A model generated the notes under the pieces. The model searched no databases. It was not told where the DNA came from and saw only the letters and a program-made list of their open reading frames with translations. From Planctomycetota bacterium (GTDB taxonomy: Bacteria; Planctomycetota; Phycisphaerae; UBA1845), in the NCBI GenBank assembly GCA_043803085.1, contig JAZDKM010000001.1, forward strand, positions 269 to 64,268: 64,000 nucleotides of DNA. The letters run 5' to 3'. Below, piece by piece: positions 61,969-64,000 of the stretch. Made by a program: the position numbers and the translations under genes. Position 1 is the first letter of the stretch, and every line of letters starts with the position of its first letter.

Positions 61969-63182
61969 GCCAGGTGAATCATAAAGGTGTCGGACAACTC
62001 TCCGAGCGTTTCGTAGTAGTTGCCCACGGTGCGATTCCACTTACCCCCCACGCAGAACAACGCCCGGCGATGCCGGCAGTAGCAAGCCGCATGGCAGAAC
62101 CGCCCGCGCGGCTGACCGGCTGCCGGCAGTTCGACACGCGAACCCTGCCACGTGGACAAGTCACAGCGCCACAAGTATGGCAACGAACTGGGGCCGCGGC
62201 CTTCAAGCAAAAGCCCGCCGTACACGAAGACCGCGTTTAGCTCCGGCACGTAGACCATCGCGTGGCCTTCGACCGGGGGCGGACCATCCCCGGAAACCCG
62301 AACCTCCTTCCAGCGGAGCGAGGCCAGGTCCAGGAGATGAAACGCCGGATCCTGCGATAAGGAGCGTTTGGACCCGCCGAAGAGAACCATGCGGTCGCCG
62401 GCCATGTCCACGGCGGCCGCGTGTAACCAGCGGGCTGCCGGGCGTGGTTTCCAGAACCGATCCTTGACTCGGGTCCAGGTGAGCGTCCCCAGGTCCCGCG
62501 TCCAGAGGTCGCACAGCGGGCGGAACGACTTGCCCGGGCCGGCGTTGCCGCCGAACAAAAGACAGCGATCGCGCTTTGAGTCGAGGACCAGACTCGCCCC
62601 GTACCGGGGGAGCGGCCACGGATGCTGGTGCTCGACGAAGTCCCACTGCAAGTGCTCAGGTCGGGTCAGGTCCAGGACGTAGAGCTCATCGACCGGCCGA
62701 TCGTCCCCCGGCGGCCACCCCCCGAACCAGATGAGCCGGTGGCGCTGGGCGTCCAGCACCACCGCCGGATGGCCGATGGAATCGGGTCGGAACCGTCGTC
62801 GGAACCGTCTCGGAGCGAGCTTATTATGCCAGCGCCGCAAGGGGCCGATCGTCCAGGTGAATTCGAAGCTCCAGATCCGGTCGTTGGACCAGCCCCCAAG
62901 CAGGAGGACCCGTTCATGGGCTTCGTCGGACACGACGCAGTGTCCATGAAGCGGCCATGGACCCGGCTCGAGGGACTCTACGCGCGCCGGCTGCTTGGCC
63001 AGCTCGGACAAGCCCTGCCGCGCTAACGCATCTCCCGCGAGCACCCGCACCGGCAGGTTGGAGGGAACCTCCGCCAACGCCCCGCCACCAGACTCCAGAG
63101 CGGAGCACTCGCCGGCGTGCCCGGTTTCCTCAGAATCCAACGGCTTGCGTAGTTCGTTGTCCTCGGGCAGCGATTCCATCAC
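61965..63182 (-). CDS. Kelch-repeat beta-propeller protein
   Basis: Five to six repeats of the pattern hhhFGG...(D)LW.hD....W... Confidence 0.75.
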   Translation of the reverse strand: MMESLPEDNELRKPLDSEETGHAGECSALESGGGALAEVPSNLPVRVLAGDALARQGLSELAKQPARVESLEPGPWPLHGHCVVSDEAHERVLLLGGWSNDRIWSFEFTWTIGPLRRWHNKLAPRRFRRRFRPDSIGHPAVVLDAQRHRLIWFGGWPPGDDRPVDELYVLDLTRPEHLQWDFVEHQHPWPLPRYGASLVLDSKRDRCLLFGGNAGPGKSFRPLCDLWTRDLGTLTWTRVKDRFWKPRPAARWLHAAAVDMAGDRMVLFGGSKRSLSQDPAFHLLDLASLRWKEVRVSGDGPPPVEGHAMVYVPELNAVFVYGGLLLEGRGPSSLPYLWRCDLSTWQGSRVELPAAGQPRGRFCHAACYCRHRRALFCVGGKWNRTVGNYYETLGELSDTFMIHLA

Positions 63183-63450
63183 AACTCTCTGTCGAGTCTT
63201 CTGCCATGTCGCGGCTTGACACGGAATCCGCCGGTTCGTTCTTATTCCTGGCGAGCCCGCATGGTCGATATACTACCTTGACCCCGCAGCCTCGCCATGA
63301 CCAAGCTGTTCGGCCGGCCGATTGAGCTCCCTAGGGGTTCTGGCCAAGCGATAGATTCCCTGCACGTCCAGCTTTCCACGTCGGATCGCGTACAACAGGT
63401 GAGCGGTCGTGTGTCGCTGCTCCTTTCCACCACGATCACACTACCCCTCG

Positions 63451-63753
63451 TTACCTGTACAACCGCAGGTACTTGAATGGTCTGGGCCAGTCCGCGCGGG
63501 GCTTGAAGGCGACGGCGACCTCCTGGCCGGCGAGTGCCGATTCGGTCAGGACGACATGATCGGGCACCTCCTTCGCCTTCTCAAACTCGGCGTCGCTCAC
63601 CTTGCAGATCACCTTGTTGAACGGACCGGACAGCCACTCGCGAACCTCGTCCGCTTCGCGGAACTTCAGATACGCGGCTAGAGATGCGTGGGCACCCGCC
63701 AGAATCGCGAAGCCCACGGGCACCGATTCCTTGATTAAGATGTACATCTTCAT
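63451..63753 (-). CDS. small PTH2-like (peptidyl-tRNA hydrolase 2 fold) protein
   Basis: 100 aa. The pattern MYILIK...GFAILAGAHASLAAYL...W...FNKVICKV...VVLTESALAGQEVAVAFKP...LRLY resembles the PTH2 family from memory. Confidence 0.45.
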   Translation of the reverse strand: MKMYILIKESVPVGFAILAGAHASLAAYLKFREADEVREWLSGPFNKVICKVSDAEFEKAKEVPDHVVLTESALAGQEVAVAFKPRADWPRPFKYLRLYR

Positions 63754-63917
63754 GTTCGTGCACCAAGCGACTCATCGAGCACGGCGCCTCAGTTAAGCCG
63801 GAGCATGTCCGCGTCGAAAGCACCGTGCGGCTCTGAATCTGACCAAATGCAGCCCTCCTCAGCCAGACGGCGAAGACGACCTCTTGCCCGGGTTTCGCAC
63901 CCCAGACGGTGCATCAT

Positions 63918-64000
63918 CTACAAGAAGCCGGCCTTGATCCAGCTTCTGCGGTCGAGGCTGAACTCACCGCCGAAGTAGCCGTGTATCTCCGCAAACTGCC
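63918..64000 (-). CDS. 3' end of a gene truncated by the window edge (...QFAEIHGYFGGEFSLDRRSWIKAGFL-stop)
   Basis: Protein-like open frame running into the window edge. Only 27 codons are visible. Confidence 0.3.
   Translation of the reverse strand, partial: QFAEIHGYFGGEFSLDRRSWIKAGFL

Noticed and set aside
63789-63917. 42-codon minus ORF (MMHRLGCETRARGRLRRLAEEGCIWSDSEPHGAFDADMLRLN) starting right after the stop of the edge-truncated gene
   Set aside because: It is too short and has no motif. It is kept only as a note because its ATG directly abuts the upstream TAG.

Overview
GC-rich bacterial chromosome segment (about 60-68% GC on hand-counted 60-nt lines). The gene content looks Planctomycetota-like, which is an inference from a DUF1559/prepilin-type protein, a PEP-CTERM protein, several FGE-sulfatase domains, dockerin-like C-terminal modules and GHL10 genes. 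Layout: (1) 0.7-6.2 kb holds a giant secreted FGE-sulfatase/TSP3-repeat protein. (2) 6.2-24.5 kb is a defence island. It has an orphan 388-aa gene and a truncated ThiF/E1 remnant. These are followed by a complete, translationally coupled type 1 BREX operon on the minus strand (MerR-like HTH, BrxE-like gene, brxA, brxB, brxC, an oversized pglX, pglZ, brxL). Upstream of the operon lie a G10 tract and an ARPP-1/DUF6569-like gene with a foreign-looking N-terminus. (3) 24.5-28.3 kb holds a NagB-LmbE fusion gene plus decayed IS110-like and IS1634-like fragments and hairpin repeats. (4) 28.3-34.1 kb holds secreted, PEP-CTERM and DUF1559 proteins, including a roughly 1100-aa gene split by a homopolymer frameshift. 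(5) 34.5-36.3 kb holds a corrinoid protein plus a URO-D-like methyltransferase. (6) 36.8-58.8 kb is a large cell-wall (muropeptide) salvage supercluster: three GHL10 genes, lysA, a GH20-SGNH fusion, a multidomain peptidoglycan hydrolase, nagB, a GNAT, an amidase, murQ, an SSF transporter and a giant amidase-like protein. (7) 59.3-64 kb is a co-directional minus-strand array that includes a translationally coupled Kelch / J-domain / FGE-sulfatase triad and a Cys-rich microprotein whose RBS sits in a 13-bp hairpin. I found no rRNA, tRNA or CRISPR array. Best candidates for something undescribed are the uncharacterised genes welded to or next to the BREX operon (HTH + BrxE-like leader, chimeric ARPP-1 gene, E1 remnant), the Kelch-J-FGE triad, and two large nested inverted-repeat elements in intergenic DNA. 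All family names come from motif recognition by eye and need HMM or BLAST confirmation.
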